Assembly (NCBI GenBank): GCA_043228905.1
Contig: JBHGNT010000020.1
Coordinates: 15,438,001-15,502,000 of the forward strand
Reading direction: 5' to 3'
From: Azolla caroliniana
Lineage: Eukaryota; Plantae; Polypodiophyta
DNA: 64,000 nucleotides
The notes below the pieces were generated by a model. The model was not told the DNA's origin. It did not search any database and saw only the letters and a list, made by a program, of their open reading frames with translations. The stretch's first letter is position 1. The number at the start of each line of letters is the position of its first letter. Positions 11,760-25,254 of the stretch are shown here, in pieces. Made by a program: the position numbers and the translations under genes.

Positions 11760-12181
11760 TCCGGACACTTCACCAAAGGGGTGGTTAAGGGAATGATGTT
11801 ATGCGACACAGATCCGATTCCAATCCGGGTATTTCCGGATACTCTCTGGATGGTTAATACACAACCGATTAATGAAAACACACGTAAGATTACGAATGAA
11901 AGCACAGAACGACAAATAGACAAGAGACACAATAGAATTAAATTAAATTAGAACGCTCAACTTGTATTGCTTCCGTTGTTAATTACATCAATTCCCGGAT
12001 CCTTTTATAGGCACCCGGTTGAAAATACAAAACGATGCCTTACTAGCTATCGGCTATCAATCGGTCCGGATCCGGATCGGTACAACTATTCTGGATCCGT
12101 CCGTTCCTTAATTATGCTAATATTATTCCCCGACTCGTCCTTGTACATATTAACCCTCCGGTCCATACTCCTAGGACAACA
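11760..12181. repeat. LTR-like repeat, copy B
   Basis: Diverged copy of 11060-11489. It is followed by TTCTCTCTCTTC, which is a purine tract on the minus strand (PPT-like). Confidence 0.6.
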
Positions 12182-12299
12182 TTCTCTCTCTTCTTGGTTG
12201 AGATTTCATGACTTCTCTAGCATTGTCAATTGCCACAAAAGAACTTTTAATTTTAAAACATATTTTCTCACCCTAACTTGTGAATAAAAAATGAAGGCA

Positions 12300-12911
12300 T
12301 TCCACATATTCCAATTGAACCATAGCCCCCAATACCTCAAGAACCCAAAAATAATTTGAAAATGAGGCATTGGTTCATTGTTGATTGCCTAATAGGACGC
12401 CCTGACGCTACCCACATGATTAACTCCTTCTGGGTGGCCCCATGTCCTATTGATGAAGACCATAACTTCCTATACTTTGAGCTAAAATGTGACACTTCCA
12501 ACGCCACCAACTCTAGTCAACCAAACCATCACACCACAATACATTTCACGCATGAGCTCTTTGACATCTACTCCCAACATGTTCAAGCCCATCTCTCCTC
12601 TCTTGATTCTTCCCTACCTTTAGAGAACCTCTATACAGAACTCACACACATACTTCACTTAGCAACAATTAGTACCCACATCAAGACCCTTTGAACCCCC
12701 CACTTCTTTTCGAGAGGCTTGGGTAGAAATAAAATTAGGCTTAGTGTATAGTCACTTTCCAGTATACTACATATTGTACACTACTAGAACTCTTTTAGTT
12801 TAAGTTCTATTTTTTACTTAATTTTATTTTAGTTATGATGACTGGATAAATACTCTTTTGTTGTAAACCAATTGTCTCATGGGCCAAATTTGGCCTTAGA
12901 AGACGTTAATA

Positions 12912-12944
<33 letters not shown>

Positions 12945-12950
12945 CTCTCT
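12300..12950 (+). mobile_element. Degenerate LINE fragment ending in the shared 3' hairpin and (TTTC)n tail
   Basis: ORF 12356-12694 has endonuclease-C-terminus-like text (IVDCLIG...DHNFLYF). The 3' end is CATGGGCCAAATTTGGCCTTAGAAGACGTTAATATA followed by (TCTT)n. Confidence 0.45.
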
Positions 12951-12984
12951 CTTAGACACAACATTTTCGGATGCAATCTCTCAT

Positions 12985-13117
12985 TCAATTTCATGGGCAT
13001 TCGGCTCCAAGTCCCATAGGTCAAATTTGGCCTCTCTATGGAGTCTCAATTTCATGGGCATTCGGTCTATAAGTCCCATGGGTCCAATTTGGCCTCTCTA
13101 TGGAGTCTCAACAATAA

Positions 13118-13162
<45 letters not shown>
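12985..13162 (+). repeat. ~61-bp tandem duplication of a LINE 3'-end motif followed by (CT)n
   Basis: TCAATTTCATGGGCATTCGG...AAGTCCCAT(A/G)GGTC(A/C)AATTTGGCCTCTCTATGGAGTCTCAA occurs twice, followed by a CT microsatellite at ~13120-13162. Confidence 0.75.
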
Positions 13163-13163
<1 letters not shown>

Positions 13164-13842
13164 AACCCCCCCCCCCCCCCAAACACACACACACATATGT
13201 ATATATATTTGTGTCCCTTTTTCACTTTTTTCTTTTAATATATTTTAGAATGGCTCACCTACACAAAGATAGGGAGGTGCATTTGTATGATAATTGGACA
13301 CTTGTGGATATTATTAATATGTCATCATTGCCAACTTGAGTCAAAGTTGTATCAATCCACAAAATTGATGGTTTAGAATTATTTGCCTGTGAAACATTGT
13401 GGGTTATAAAGTTAATAGTATTCTATACATGTCTGGTCAATTTTTCAAGAGAGTCAAAAAAGAAGAAGGTTTTAACTAATCCATGTGAGGGATATTGTGC
13501 AAGAAGATGAATGGTAAAGAGAAGACAAGACCAACCAACCTTAAGAAAATGATAGGAAACGAAGGTTTGGCATTGGTTGGAAAGAGGAGTTTCTTTCTCT
13601 CAAAAAGACAAAACAACCCACCGCAACTCAGGGAAAGCAAAACCTAGGCTGCCGCCAATCTATCTCAACAAGTGTACCTACCACGGACTGAAGTTTGGAA
13701 TTTACATACATACATACATACCATGGTCCATACCATACATATGTATACAGTATAATTTGAATAAAATGTATAGGGGTAACGGGAGGTAGATACAAGAGCC
13801 TAGAGGTGGTGCCATGCAAATCTACTCTTTTTTGTACACAAA

Positions 13843-13860
13843 CACACACACACACACACA

Positions 13861-13907
<47 letters not shown>
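13843..13907. repeat. Compound (AC)n(GAT)n microsatellite upstream of the SSL gene
   Basis: Directly visible AC run followed by a long GAT run. Confidence 0.95.
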
Positions 13908-13908
<1 letters not shown>

Positions 13909-14493
13909 ATACGTAATGGTTGCGTTGCTTTTGCTGTGATGAAATATATATATATTAACTGTCTTTTGAGAGGACCAAAATGATCTAGAAGACAGACCAA
14001 ACAAGAAGAAATTATATCTTGAGAGAAAGTGAAAGAGACACCCCCCACCCCAAAAGAGGGCTTCCTTTTCACTTCCCCTCCTCCCGACTGCAGATTTGGC
14101 AGGCATATATGTATGAATGTGTACTTAAGACAAGAAGAACACGAGAAAAAGGTGTTGAGAAATGTAGTGGAGTGGTGCGTGCGTGCGTGCATTTAAAATT
14201 AAGGAAGGCGTTGGTTTTGGTTGTCTTTCCATCATTTGGTGGAAGTGGACTAATAAGAGGAAATCAACAGCAGCAGCATCAGTCGGCCGAGGGATATAAA
14301 GAGCAAGGAGAAAAACGAGATTAGTGTTCATCAGTCATCCATCGATCTTTACTGTTTATACTATTATTATTATTATTAGGTAGACAAAGTAGTAAACCTC
14401 CCTTTTCATTTCTGTTCTTTTTCTTCTTCTTTGCTCTTCTCATCTATCTATACCTCTAGTCTCAAAACTCTTCTTTCTTCTTCTTCTTCTTCT

Positions 14494-17400
14494 ATGCAGA
14501 CATTCAAAACCTCCTTCTCCGCGAAGATGAGGAACAAAAGAAGAGGAGGAGCTCAATCCTCTTCCTCTTCTACATCGATGACTACAGTTTTTGGTGGCAG
14601 CTTCATGGTAGCGGTGGTGGCGGTGGCGGCGGCCTCATTGCTGTTAGCACTTGACCCCTTCCGCCTCAGCATCATCGGAAATGACCCCACATTCAAGACC
14701 ACACTCGTGAAACTACAACCCCATTACACCCTCTCCTCCTTGCTCAGCCTCAGCCATCTGCGAGATTCCGACGATAAACTTCGCCAAGCCCGGAAATGGT
14801 ACCTCGATCCCGGCCTAATGGGCCCTGAAAGCTTAGCTATGGATCCTAATGGGAATGGACCTTACGTAGGTGTCGCAGACGGCCGCATCATGAGATGGAA
14901 TGCACAACACAAGAAATGGGAAGAATTCGCACACACATCTCCAAACAGGTACTTTTTTTTTTTTTTTGTCGAAATTCAATCATCATTCAAACCGTGGACC
15001 TAAATCTCATTTGTTTGCTTACCTGCAAAACGTTTCTGAACAATGTGTTGCAAAGTAGATCCGTGGGTGTGTGTGAGGGTGGAAACCCAAAGAACGAGCA
15101 TATTTGTGGGAGGCCATTGGGGCTGAGATTCGATAGGAGAACAGGGGATCTCTACATAGCTGATGCATATCTAGGGCTGATGCGCGTAGGCCCAGAGGGA
15201 GGCCAGGCCACAATGCTCGTGAATGAAGTGGAGGGAGTGCCATTGCGCTTTACCAACGACCTCGATGTTGCATCGGACGGCTCCGTCTACTTCACGGACA
15301 GCAGCTCCAAGTATCAGAGAAGGTTTAGGGCAGCTCTCAGATATCTTATCTACTTACTACATCAATTAGCTTTGCTTCTTTTGGGCTGGGATTATTATGC
15401 AATCAAAATAATACGTTGCAGTTCGGTGGTGCAGGAACTTCTTCCTGCTGGTACTGTCTGGGGACGACTCAGGGAGAGTTATAAGATATGATCCTGCAAC
15501 AGGGAAGAGCAGTGTCATCCTGTCGGGGTTGCAGTTCCCCAATGGCATCTCGCTTAGCAAAGATCAGTCCTTCCTCATTATTGCGGAATCGGTTCCCGGC
15601 AGGTAATCCTTGCGGCTCCTCTCTTCTTGGTCTGTTCTTGTTCTTGTTCTTGTTCTTGGTCTTGGTCTTGTTCTTGTGCATCCAAGATGATTTTGTTGAG
15701 AAAATGCCTTCCTTCCTCTCTTCTCCAAGACTGAGTTCATGTACAGAGAAGAGCTGTTGAGTTTTTGGGAGGGACATGTCTTCACAAGACACACAGAAGG
15801 GACACCCCAGCCCTTGGCAATAGTGCCTCGGTTTTACTCTGTTTAGGGTTATATGGCTGATCGATCTTCATCGACGTTTTTAAAAACTCCGTGGCCATGC
15901 CCATCCATTGTAAACTGGCCAATACCAATATTGGTCTACCTACATTCTTACAAGGATGGATGTTTGACACTTGTGCCTCCATGATCCTTCCTTCATGGGA
16001 GGGGCGATCACCACATTCGGAATATGGCTTGCATACCAAACACATTGGTTTGGTTTTGGTCCCCACGTGTTTGTGTTTTTGTCAAGCAAGTGTTATAAAC
16101 GGTTCTCAAGGTTCATTCGGTGTACATATCTTGCAGAAGCCGATGTAATTCAAAGCTTCCATAAAAACCGAAGCTTATGATGTTGTTTGGACATTTCTAC
16201 TGAAGTAAAAGTCCCCGACGCCCTACTAGTTTGTGTATGCATACCCTGAGTAGAGTAGTCTTTTCGAGGGGGAGAGGCCACTTTGTTTTGATCAATTATT
16301 CGTGTCAAGAGAGGAGAGAGAAATCTTACAATGTTAAAGAGAGGTATGCGAGAGAATGCTTTTCACCACGGTGGTGTGTGCGTGGTGGGCACGTGAAATG
16401 TTGAACACCCGTTAAGGCTTTTGTCCAATGAAGAAGGGCTGGGCTGCCTTTGGAAGAAAGTGATGCAATTTCCTAACTTGATTTTTGAAAGTGGCCTTAA
16501 GATGTGCACCATTTGTCATTTGTTTTGCATACTTATACTTATGAGAAAGAAAGAACATGACAAATAAAGAATGGACACAAAAAGGGATTATTGAAATGAG
16601 TGCATAGCCCTTTTTTCTTTTTCTTTTTTCTTTTTCGGCTACCATATTCATCCCCCACAAGGAGGCCCACACACATATTGTCAAACCTTGTGGATATGGA
16701 CAAAGAAATAGGAGGCCACTCTTGTTTTGTCAAGCTATATATATTATCTTTCAACAACGCAGTACATGGCAGGGCTACCATTGTCAACGTTCTAGATATA
16801 TAGAGCAACAAATACATAGAAGTTGTTTTTAGCTAGCTAGCTACTAGATAATTGTCTTTTGATTCCATTTTTTATAATCTTGAACTCCAGCCAAGAAATT
16901 TATGTCTTTAACATACCAACACTTATTGTATTCAATAAATACAAGAAACCTATTGTTGCATTCAATAAACACAAGAAATCTATCTTCTTTTACCAAACAA
17001 TACATGTTCAAATCTTATTTATTGTCTCTATCAAGCAATTGAAGTTTCAGTCGTTAATTTCATGTTACTTTCTCTGTATCATAAGTTTCGTGTTACTGGA
17101 TTCTACTAATTTAATTTTCCTTCTTGCACCTTCTTGTAGGTTGTTGCGATATTGGATATCTGGGGACAAGGTAGGGGACAAAGAGTTGCTCGCGATGTTA
17201 CCTGGTTACCCAGACAATGTGCGTGTGAACATGGCGGGTGATGTGTGGGTAGCCATGCATTGTCGTCGAAATGTCATTAATATGTTGTCGGCTGCATTTC
17301 CAACATTGCGGCGTGCTTTTCTACAATTGCCAATTCCCTTTAAATACCTCTATCGAATTTTCAATGGCAAACCACATGGTATCCTCGCAAAATACACCTT

Positions 17401-17605
17401 CAATCATGTCTCTACTACTACCAATGTTGATTCGCATGGGGGTGCCCATATGACACTATTACTGGAGGATACCCATGGTAGTGTTGTAAAGTATGCTAGC
17501 GAAGTTGAAGAACGAGATGGCCAGCTTTGGATTGGGTCCGTTCTTCTTCCATATATTGCTGTATATGATCTACATACCACCCACGCAAACCCTCCTTTGA
17601 CATGA
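14494..17605 (+). CDS. Strictosidine synthase-like (SSL) six-bladed beta-propeller protein, 4 exons
   Basis: Exons 14494-14948, 15059-15322, 15435-15602 and 17140-17605 join in frame at GT-AG sites. There is an N-terminal membrane anchor and the motifs GPESLA.DP.G.GPY.GVADGRI, EHICGRPLGLRF, FTNDLD, FTDSS, FPNG, LPGYPDN and SEVEE.DG.LWIGSV. The start could instead be the ATG at 14527/14578. Confidence 0.93.
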
Positions 17606-20011
17606 TCCAAGTTTGTTATACAATTTTTATCTAATTCAAAAGTATGTGTCTATATATATATCCTGGAATAAGCTTCTTTTCAGCATAATAATTTTGTTTC
17701 ACTAATGACTTTTTACTCCGTGGGCTATTCCACCCCATACATGCTAAAAAGGTTGAGATGTACTTTGTATTATTCTTTCCAAACTCCAGCAGTATGATGC
17801 ACTATGAAACACATATCCTAACCACTTGACAAAAATAAACGTTACGTCCAAGTTAAGTTATTGATGTACCAAATTGTGTTGTAAGCAAATCGTTTTTATT
17901 ATCACATTGTTGAAAACTAGTATTCAAACCTTCCAAGTTGGGCCTACCACGTTTCAAATGTCAATTACAAAATATTGTGGTCAAAATTCTAGATGCAAGC
18001 AAATGCATCAAATTCCAAGATTCATGTCAAAATCTAGTTAAAATCAACGTATGTTTGGGTGGTTACAAAAAGTGCAAAATGCATCTTGACTTATCCATAT
18101 GTTTCACATTGCATGTTCGGCAGTCTTCTCCTCAACCGTCCCAACTATGGTTTTGTTGTAGTAGCATTGCAAACATCACTTTATTCTTTAGTGTTCTACC
18201 ATTTTTAATTCCAATGACACAAGTCACTCAAATATCCATTAGTTATTTTGGATGACACAGTAAAATCCTTTTCCTTGGATGTATAAGGTAATTCATCTAT
18301 TTGGACACTAATGTTCAAAGATTTTATTCATTGCATTGGCTACATGTATTAAGTTGGTTTGTACCCTCCAAAATCTTTGGATATTGTAACGTAGTGTTCC
18401 AATTATGTTAGGCATGTGGCACCTTGTGTGTTGGAACAACTTGATCCATGTTAGCTACAAACTAAATTTATGTCACTATTTTAAGTTTTAATAGTGTGCA
18501 ATAACAATTTGATCCTAAATAACATGGTTTCATCTTTATTTTTAATAACCTCAAGGGTTGAATTAAATGGCATTGCCTTAAGATGATGCCAATATATCTA
18601 TAGAGTTGTAAATCTCATGTGTGAGTAGTCGCGTTTTTTTCTTTTGAGTTATTATACATCCCAACTTATAATTTGAAAGTGTACCTATAATCATGCAAGT
18701 TTAAAGAAAATATCCATACTTGAAGTGCTTCATGTATGAAAGCGAAAGATATTCAATAACATTTATGAAATGTAGAAAACATGATTTTTGAAAAATTTGT
18801 TTTATGTAATACTAAGTCTACGACTATCATTTTCAACTAAAACAAAAATATATTGTAGTTCTTATATAGTTAACGGTTTTCAAGGTCTCTGCATATTTAA
18901 CAAATTTGGCCAATGATAAACTCTACCTTAGCTTCCTCCTAGTTACATCAAGAGGTGCTTTTCCTCCATACGCACTCGATGTTTAGCAATTGACACAACT
19001 TGCTAGGGTGGAGTCTAAATCATTAACCTACAACACCCAAAGATCGTGATCTAATCAAATGATCAAGTGAACCCATATTCACGCATATAGAAGTGGTAAA
19101 AGAATATTGGATGAATAGTTAACATTTTAGAAGAATGTGCGACTTTGATACTCAAGGTTTCACCAATAGATTTTGGAATATAAAAATTATGACACCATCT
19201 CCTCTCCCCCCCCCCTTTGAAGCTGGTGTTCAAATTTTTGCTTTTTGTGATTAATATGTCTCTACTTTTAAAAAATTATAAAGAATTTACGGAAAAAAAT
19301 GAATAGATATGTGAATATATAGATCTACATATATCCATCTAGCCCATTATGGCTCATAGTTTTACATCGGCTTTGTTGGGGATGTGAGAATCTTGTGGAT
19401 TAGTTGTGACCATATTTATTAATGAGGTGACAATAACAACATTTTGTGAAATTAGGTGGTAGATAGAGTCATATTTGATGAAGAGTTTGGGAGAACGTGG
19501 TGAGACATGGGTATAGGTGGTGGCATAACACTCAATAAGGTTATTGAGATGAATCATACAAACAAAATGCTTGAAAGCTATGAACAAGAACTATAAGAAG
19601 TATTGAAAGAAATCATGAAAACTACAATGCCACGAAGAGCACGCTAGAAAGAGGGAAACTCGACGACCAAAATGATGCACAACTAGACAAGAATGAGGGG
19701 GGCTCTAATTATAGATATTTTCTTAGCCAACTATTATGATTGGACCACTCCAAAGGAAGAGACCATGCTAAGTGTTGCACATGTGTGCATTTTTTTTCGA
19801 GTGTTCCAAAACTTTTAGCAAATTACATATATGAAGATATAAGGGATGGCTTATAACGTAATTGCAATGTTAAAGAGTTTAAAGTTTCACATAAAAGGTA
19901 AGAAAGGGAAGGTTCCCTTTTATTGCAACAAAATTCTTGGTTTTTTGCCCTATTACAAAAAACACCGTTTGCATATGTATAAAGCATTAACTAGAAATGA
20001 CATTATTAGAA

Positions 20012-20183
20012 ACCCTGGATTACTTTACGAATATACCATTTTATTTTTCCAAAAACTAAACTCTTTCCATTAGTCATAAAATTTTATAGCTAAGAATACC
20101 CTAGATTACTTTACGAATATACCATTTTATTTTTCCAAAAACTAAACTCTTTCCATTAGTCATAAAATTTTATAGCTAAGAAT
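20012..20183. repeat. 86-bp near-perfect tandem duplication
   Basis: ACCCT(G/A)GATTACTTTACGAATATACC...TTTATAGCTAAGAAT occurs at 20012 and 20098. Confidence 0.92.
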
Positions 20184-20680
20184 GTTATATACAAATCCAG
20201 ATGGGACTCAATAGTTCTATCTTATGTGGAAGCCACTGACTCAAGAAAGGGAGAGGACGACCATTGTTGGATGAAGGCTAATTGTTGTCTTTCACCTCCA
20301 TCGGTTCCGCTCGTGATACCATTGTATTGGCTCTTTAGCATGACTACAACTTCAGTCCATATCTCCTGCAATAACATCGCCTGGTGCATAGTTTGATTGG
20401 AGAAGACCCGTTTACAATGTTGTTTCCAAAGATTCCACGTTATTGGGCTGACCAATGCCAACACAACTTGAGCTTTGGCATTGATGTGAGTTGAGCGAAT
20501 ATTGTCGGTGGTGGAAAACGAGATCTCTTGTGTCTTTATCATTCCTGCATCTTGATGTTTGTATATGTCAATTGGGGCCTACCATGATAACCAACATACA
20601 TTCCCCCACTTGGTTGTGCCTTGCACCTAGCATAACTGCAATAGTTGGCCAACCCCCCACCCTATTCAAATAGACCTTTT
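20184..20680 (-). mobile_element. L1-like LINE 3' fragment, same family as 10216-10609
   Basis: ORF 20222-20542 (SPITWNLWKQHCKRVF...LLQEIW..LKSQY) is nearly the same as the protein at 10271-10555. Confidence 0.75.
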
Positions 20681-23087
20681 TGTTTTCCTCAAAAAAGATT
20701 GAGAATTAATATAAATTGAAAGATCAAAAGTTTAAGGTTTTGAACTAATTACAAAAATGAACCAAAATTCTTTACATGGTTGATTTATCTCAAAATTGCT
20801 CAATTTAGGCAAAAAAATTACAAATTACAAATTTAAATATTGACAAACATGATCATACATTATTTTCCAAACTCATTATGTACAATCCTCATTACAAGTG
20901 ATGCCATTATCATTACTAATCATGTCATCTAATAAACAAGAACGAGCAATGTGTGAGTTTCATGTTATGAAGTATTACTACAACATCAAAAGCTATATTT
21001 TTCATTTGAATTTTTTAAGAGTAAGTATATCAATAAGTTCTATATATCCAAATTTCATTTCAAGTCGTAGAAACAAAGCTCTTGCAAAATAAATTGGATA
21101 TACATATTGGCACTACTATTTTACATAGATAAATGGGCTTGTTTCACATGAAACAATATTTTAAGCTGTTATACGGAAAGAACTAGAAATATAGGAAAAT
21201 ATTTGAATGACAAGCCTAAATTGAATTTGGTGTAGTGGTGAAAGCTTGGGGATAATTATTTATGGATAGTTTTTGAACAATCTAGTCAAGCAATCTTCAT
21301 CAATGCACAATGGTCAACATTAGACCTATTACGTTGGAATTGCCAAATGAAAAGAAGTTTCTATTAGAGGAAGAACTTGATATTGGTGACTACATCCCTA
21401 AATTAATGACCATCTTAATATTGGTAGGCCAATTCGATGAGGTTGAACTTAAGGTGGTGTTTGTTGAATAGACCGTCAAAATCCTTTTACGGACATCACT
21501 TGTTATAAGAGGTAGCATATCCACTTCCTTATATTTTCTCTATGTATCTAGAAATTATCATTCTCAATAACTGTAATTTGGCATTGTTATTTGGTGCCAC
21601 ATGTCAAACAAGAATGTGTATCTCAAGTTTCAAGTTATTTGCCTACCATGCCATTATTTTCACTTTCAATTCTATGAATATTTTGTTTATGGCATAACAA
21701 AGTGAGGATTGCCACTATAAGCTAGTAGAGTTTGTGACAATGCCCATTTGCTCAATAGAAAGAGAGTTTTCGGAATAATTTGTCACAATACATATATTGT
21801 GTGCATGTGTGGAATTGTTGAGGTTCTTGACCAGGAGGTGGTTGAAATGAAGATATAAACCCACTAACTTATAAGAATTGAGTAAAATTCAAAATTCAAA
21901 AAGTCGAGAATAGATGTGTAAGATGAATAGGTAGTAGTAGTTGTGAACTTTGGTTACAATGGTCCGATCATCGTATAGTCAATAGTAAAAGTTGAATGGA
22001 AAATAACCCTCGTCCCAAAAGTAAGATCACGAGTAGAACTTTCAGAGGAATATACTCGAGTTTTAGACTACTATTATACCATCCCTGTATACACGGGTTG
22101 GATACTTAATCCTTAAGTACCCCGATCAAGGTCTTGTGGTCGGAGGGATGGGTAACACGGACTAGGTTGCACTGCTTACGGTGCACTTCACACAAATGTA
22201 GGCAAAGGTAAACTCACACAGAGGACATAGGATACTTGATCAACTGTTCTCAGTCTAAGTCAGCTACAACCGATTGGCTTACACAGTACACAATATATGG
22301 AAAATGAAACTCAGAGTATGGACATAGAGATACATAACTTAAGATTTGTATTATGGCAACTAATCTTTACAGACGGACTCTATTTACAAGGTTATATGCC
22401 ACTTTTTATAGGAAGCATGAAACGGTTACAAAAGAAACAGTTACAAAAGAATGTTGTCGTGAAGAAAACCGTCCACAAGCGGAATCGGTGCACAGGAGCG
22501 TAGGAACCGGCACTTCTCGAATGTTGTCCATAGAAGATCCTAGGCAGGTAGATTTAGTGGGTAAGAAGTAAAGGGGAAATGGCTCCTTCCTTGCCTATAA
22601 AAGGAGGGAGACGAGAAGGGGGATGGGATCGCGGAGAGTTGAGGACGAAGTGCTGTCGGTTTGGTGCGAAGGCTTCTCTCTCTCTCTCTCTGGTTCGCAA
22701 ACTCCATAGCTTCCTTCTGTGCAAGTTTCGGGAGGCTCGCGCTGCTCTGAGGAATGCCCGAGTGCTTCCGGCAGCACCTCCAACCTGCTCCTGTCTTTCT
22801 GTGCGTTTACGAACAGGCATCGGCATCTGTTCGCCGGCCTGTTCGGTTGTAACCGACTTCGTGTTTTTGTTGCTTCCGTGTTCTTGTTGTTGTCTTTGTT
22901 AATACATACATACATTCGTGTCTCTCTGTGTCGCTGTCCCACTCGCGTCTTTGTGTCGAAGGGCCGTGTCCCTGTGATTCTACGTTCGCACGTAGTGGGT
23001 CTCTTGTCCTTTCTCTCTTGCTCTTCGGTACAGGACCCCTGAGGTCCCGCCTCATTCCACGCATCCGCGAGGAAAACCTCGACATCT

Positions 23088-23105
23088 TGGTGAACCCGAC
23101 GTGAA
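23088..23105 (+). other. Primer-binding site complementary to the 3' end of cytosolic tRNA-Trp
   Basis: Reverse complement TTCACGTCGGGTTCACCA matches the plant tRNA-Trp 3' end as I recall it. It lies 3 nt after the LTR-terminal CA. Confidence 0.85.
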
Positions 23106-25254
23106 GGAGGCGGCAGAAGAGCAGAAGATGAAGGGGTCGGATCTTGCAGAGGCCATGGCTTCAGCCGTGGATCGGATATTGAGTGCACGCGAGGGCACCG
23201 GCGCCCTCGACAGAGCCATTGAGGCGGTCGTCGGTACGATCGGCCGGTTCAGCGGAAAGGATGCCACGAAGTATTTGGCGTCCTACGGAGCAGAAATGCT
23301 GATGCGGGACATTCCGGAAGAGAGGCGTCTTGCCGGGTTTCCTCGAGTGGCGATGCCGAGCATCCATGCGGAGGTGCTCGAGGTGCGGGCGGAGAGCCGT
23401 ACCTGGGAGGAGTTCGAAGGCCGACTCCTAGAAAAATACGGGCTGGACGACGCGCTCCGGCTTTCGAAACGGGACTTCATGGAATGGGTGGAGTCCCCCG
23501 GCAAGGGAAGAAACGTGTCGGCACTCCTCCGGGAGTTCGAAGAACGCTTTGCGCGCCTTTCGGCGCTTGACCGAACCATTCTGGATACGAGCCGGGTCCT
23601 ATTGTTCGTCAAGTCGGTGGACGAGTGGGACAGAGATCAAGTCGGCTCCTTGTTGGAAACCGAAGACGGGCTGACAACTGACTGGGCTGCGGTTAAGAGA
23701 GTCTGTGGCCGTTTCGACAAACGACGAGAATGGGCTGACAACGGGGCGGCCGGTGCGGGCTCTGTCATAGCAAGGAGGCTTGAACCAGCACCGCAAGTGC
23801 GAAGGGAAGAAACTCGGGAATGGCTCGAAACCGGTTCGGCTTCGACCGGCATGGTCAATGGCTCGTCCGGAGGAGCAGCGCTGGAGGAGTTGACGCGGGC
23901 GATAAAGGATCTCCAGATCGCCCAGACTCGAAGGGAAGGCGGCGAACCGGCTCGTGACCGACGGCCGGCAGCGGGGAACAGGTGCATGTGGTGCGACGAG
24001 GTCGGCCACATTCGGAAGGACTGCGGCGATTTCGAAGAGGCGTTGAGGAACCGGGTGGTGTACCTGTGGGAAGGCCGGGTGCACGCCGGCGACACCAGGA
24101 GGGCCTTGAACCGAAACGACGGGCGAGGAGGTATGAAGAGACTAATGGAAGAGGCAGCGGCCCGATAGGTGGAGGCCATCCACTACTCGGCGTCGGCCGG
24201 CATTCGGGTCGGGGGCAACGAGGCCCGAAAGGAGGGCAAAGACGGATTCTGGTCGGCAATGCTGGAAGGTCTTGCCAGCGCACGGCTAAGGAAAGATGAA
24301 ACGAACCACGCTGAGAGACGGGTCCGGGAAATAACCGGGTGGAGCGATCCGGTCGAGGAGAAGACGGGCTTTGTAGAAGCCGCCTGCCGAAACTACGAGG
24401 CTCTAGTTGAAGACAAACGGGTGGGGAAAGCCGGAGCGGCCGGGCCCTCACAACGATACGAGACCCGATTCGGGCAATGACGGAACGAAGCCGGTGGGTC
24501 CAACGCGCAAGATAACCCCAGGAAGGGCGGATACCGACTGGGGACGGAAATAGAAAGGACCACGGACCTACGAATGGTCCTAGAAGAATGGATCCTCGAC
24601 AGCAAAGTGGAGCTGTCATTACGGGAGGTGCTAGGGATCGCCAAGAAGGAGTTCCACGACTCCATTGTGGACTTGGTGAAACGGAAGAGGCTGTCGACGG
24701 AGACGGAACCGGAAAGACTGGTGGAGGTGCGGACGACGCACATCGACGACATGGCGCTGGAAGATGAGTGGGCGGAGAGCCACTATTCGAGGCCACACTG
24801 GGCCCGAGCGACCACGGAGACCCTGGTAAAGATCAGAGATGTTCAGGAACCGGTTGTGGCACTGGTGGACCACGGTTCGGAAATAAACCTGATGTCCATG
24901 GACTTCTATAAGAAGGGAAAATGGCCGATCAACACCAAGCACGGGTGGAAGATACGGGCGGCGACGCGCGCCACCGAGGAACTGCATGGGGCCTGCCCGA
25001 ACGTGCGAGTCAAGATCGGCGACGTCGAGATTGACCAGCACTTCTTCGTACAGGAGACGTCCTCGCACCCGGTCATATTAGGGGAACCATACATCACGGC
25101 GGCGCGGATGGAGACCAAAGTGATGGACAACGGTTCAGCCTACGCGAGGGTCAAAAGCCAGGACGGGCGCCATTCGGTCTAATTTCTGACGGTGCGACCG
25201 AACCACAAGCGGAACCGCGAATCCCTCGGTGGCGAGAACCGGGAGGATTTTTAG
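23101..25254 (+). pseudogene. gag: Gypsy gag + aspartic protease ORF1 (three in-frame premature stops)
   Basis: FSGKDATKYL...WEEFEGRLLEKY, zinc knuckle CMWCDEVGHIRKDC, protease ALVDHGSEINLM. All in one frame with stops at 24166, 24478 and 25180. The natural stop TAG is at 25252-25254. Confidence 0.88.

Noticed and set aside
13800-14331. ORFs with poly-Ser/Ile and VC runs upstream of SSL
   Set aside because: They are translations of GAT and AC microsatellites, not genes.
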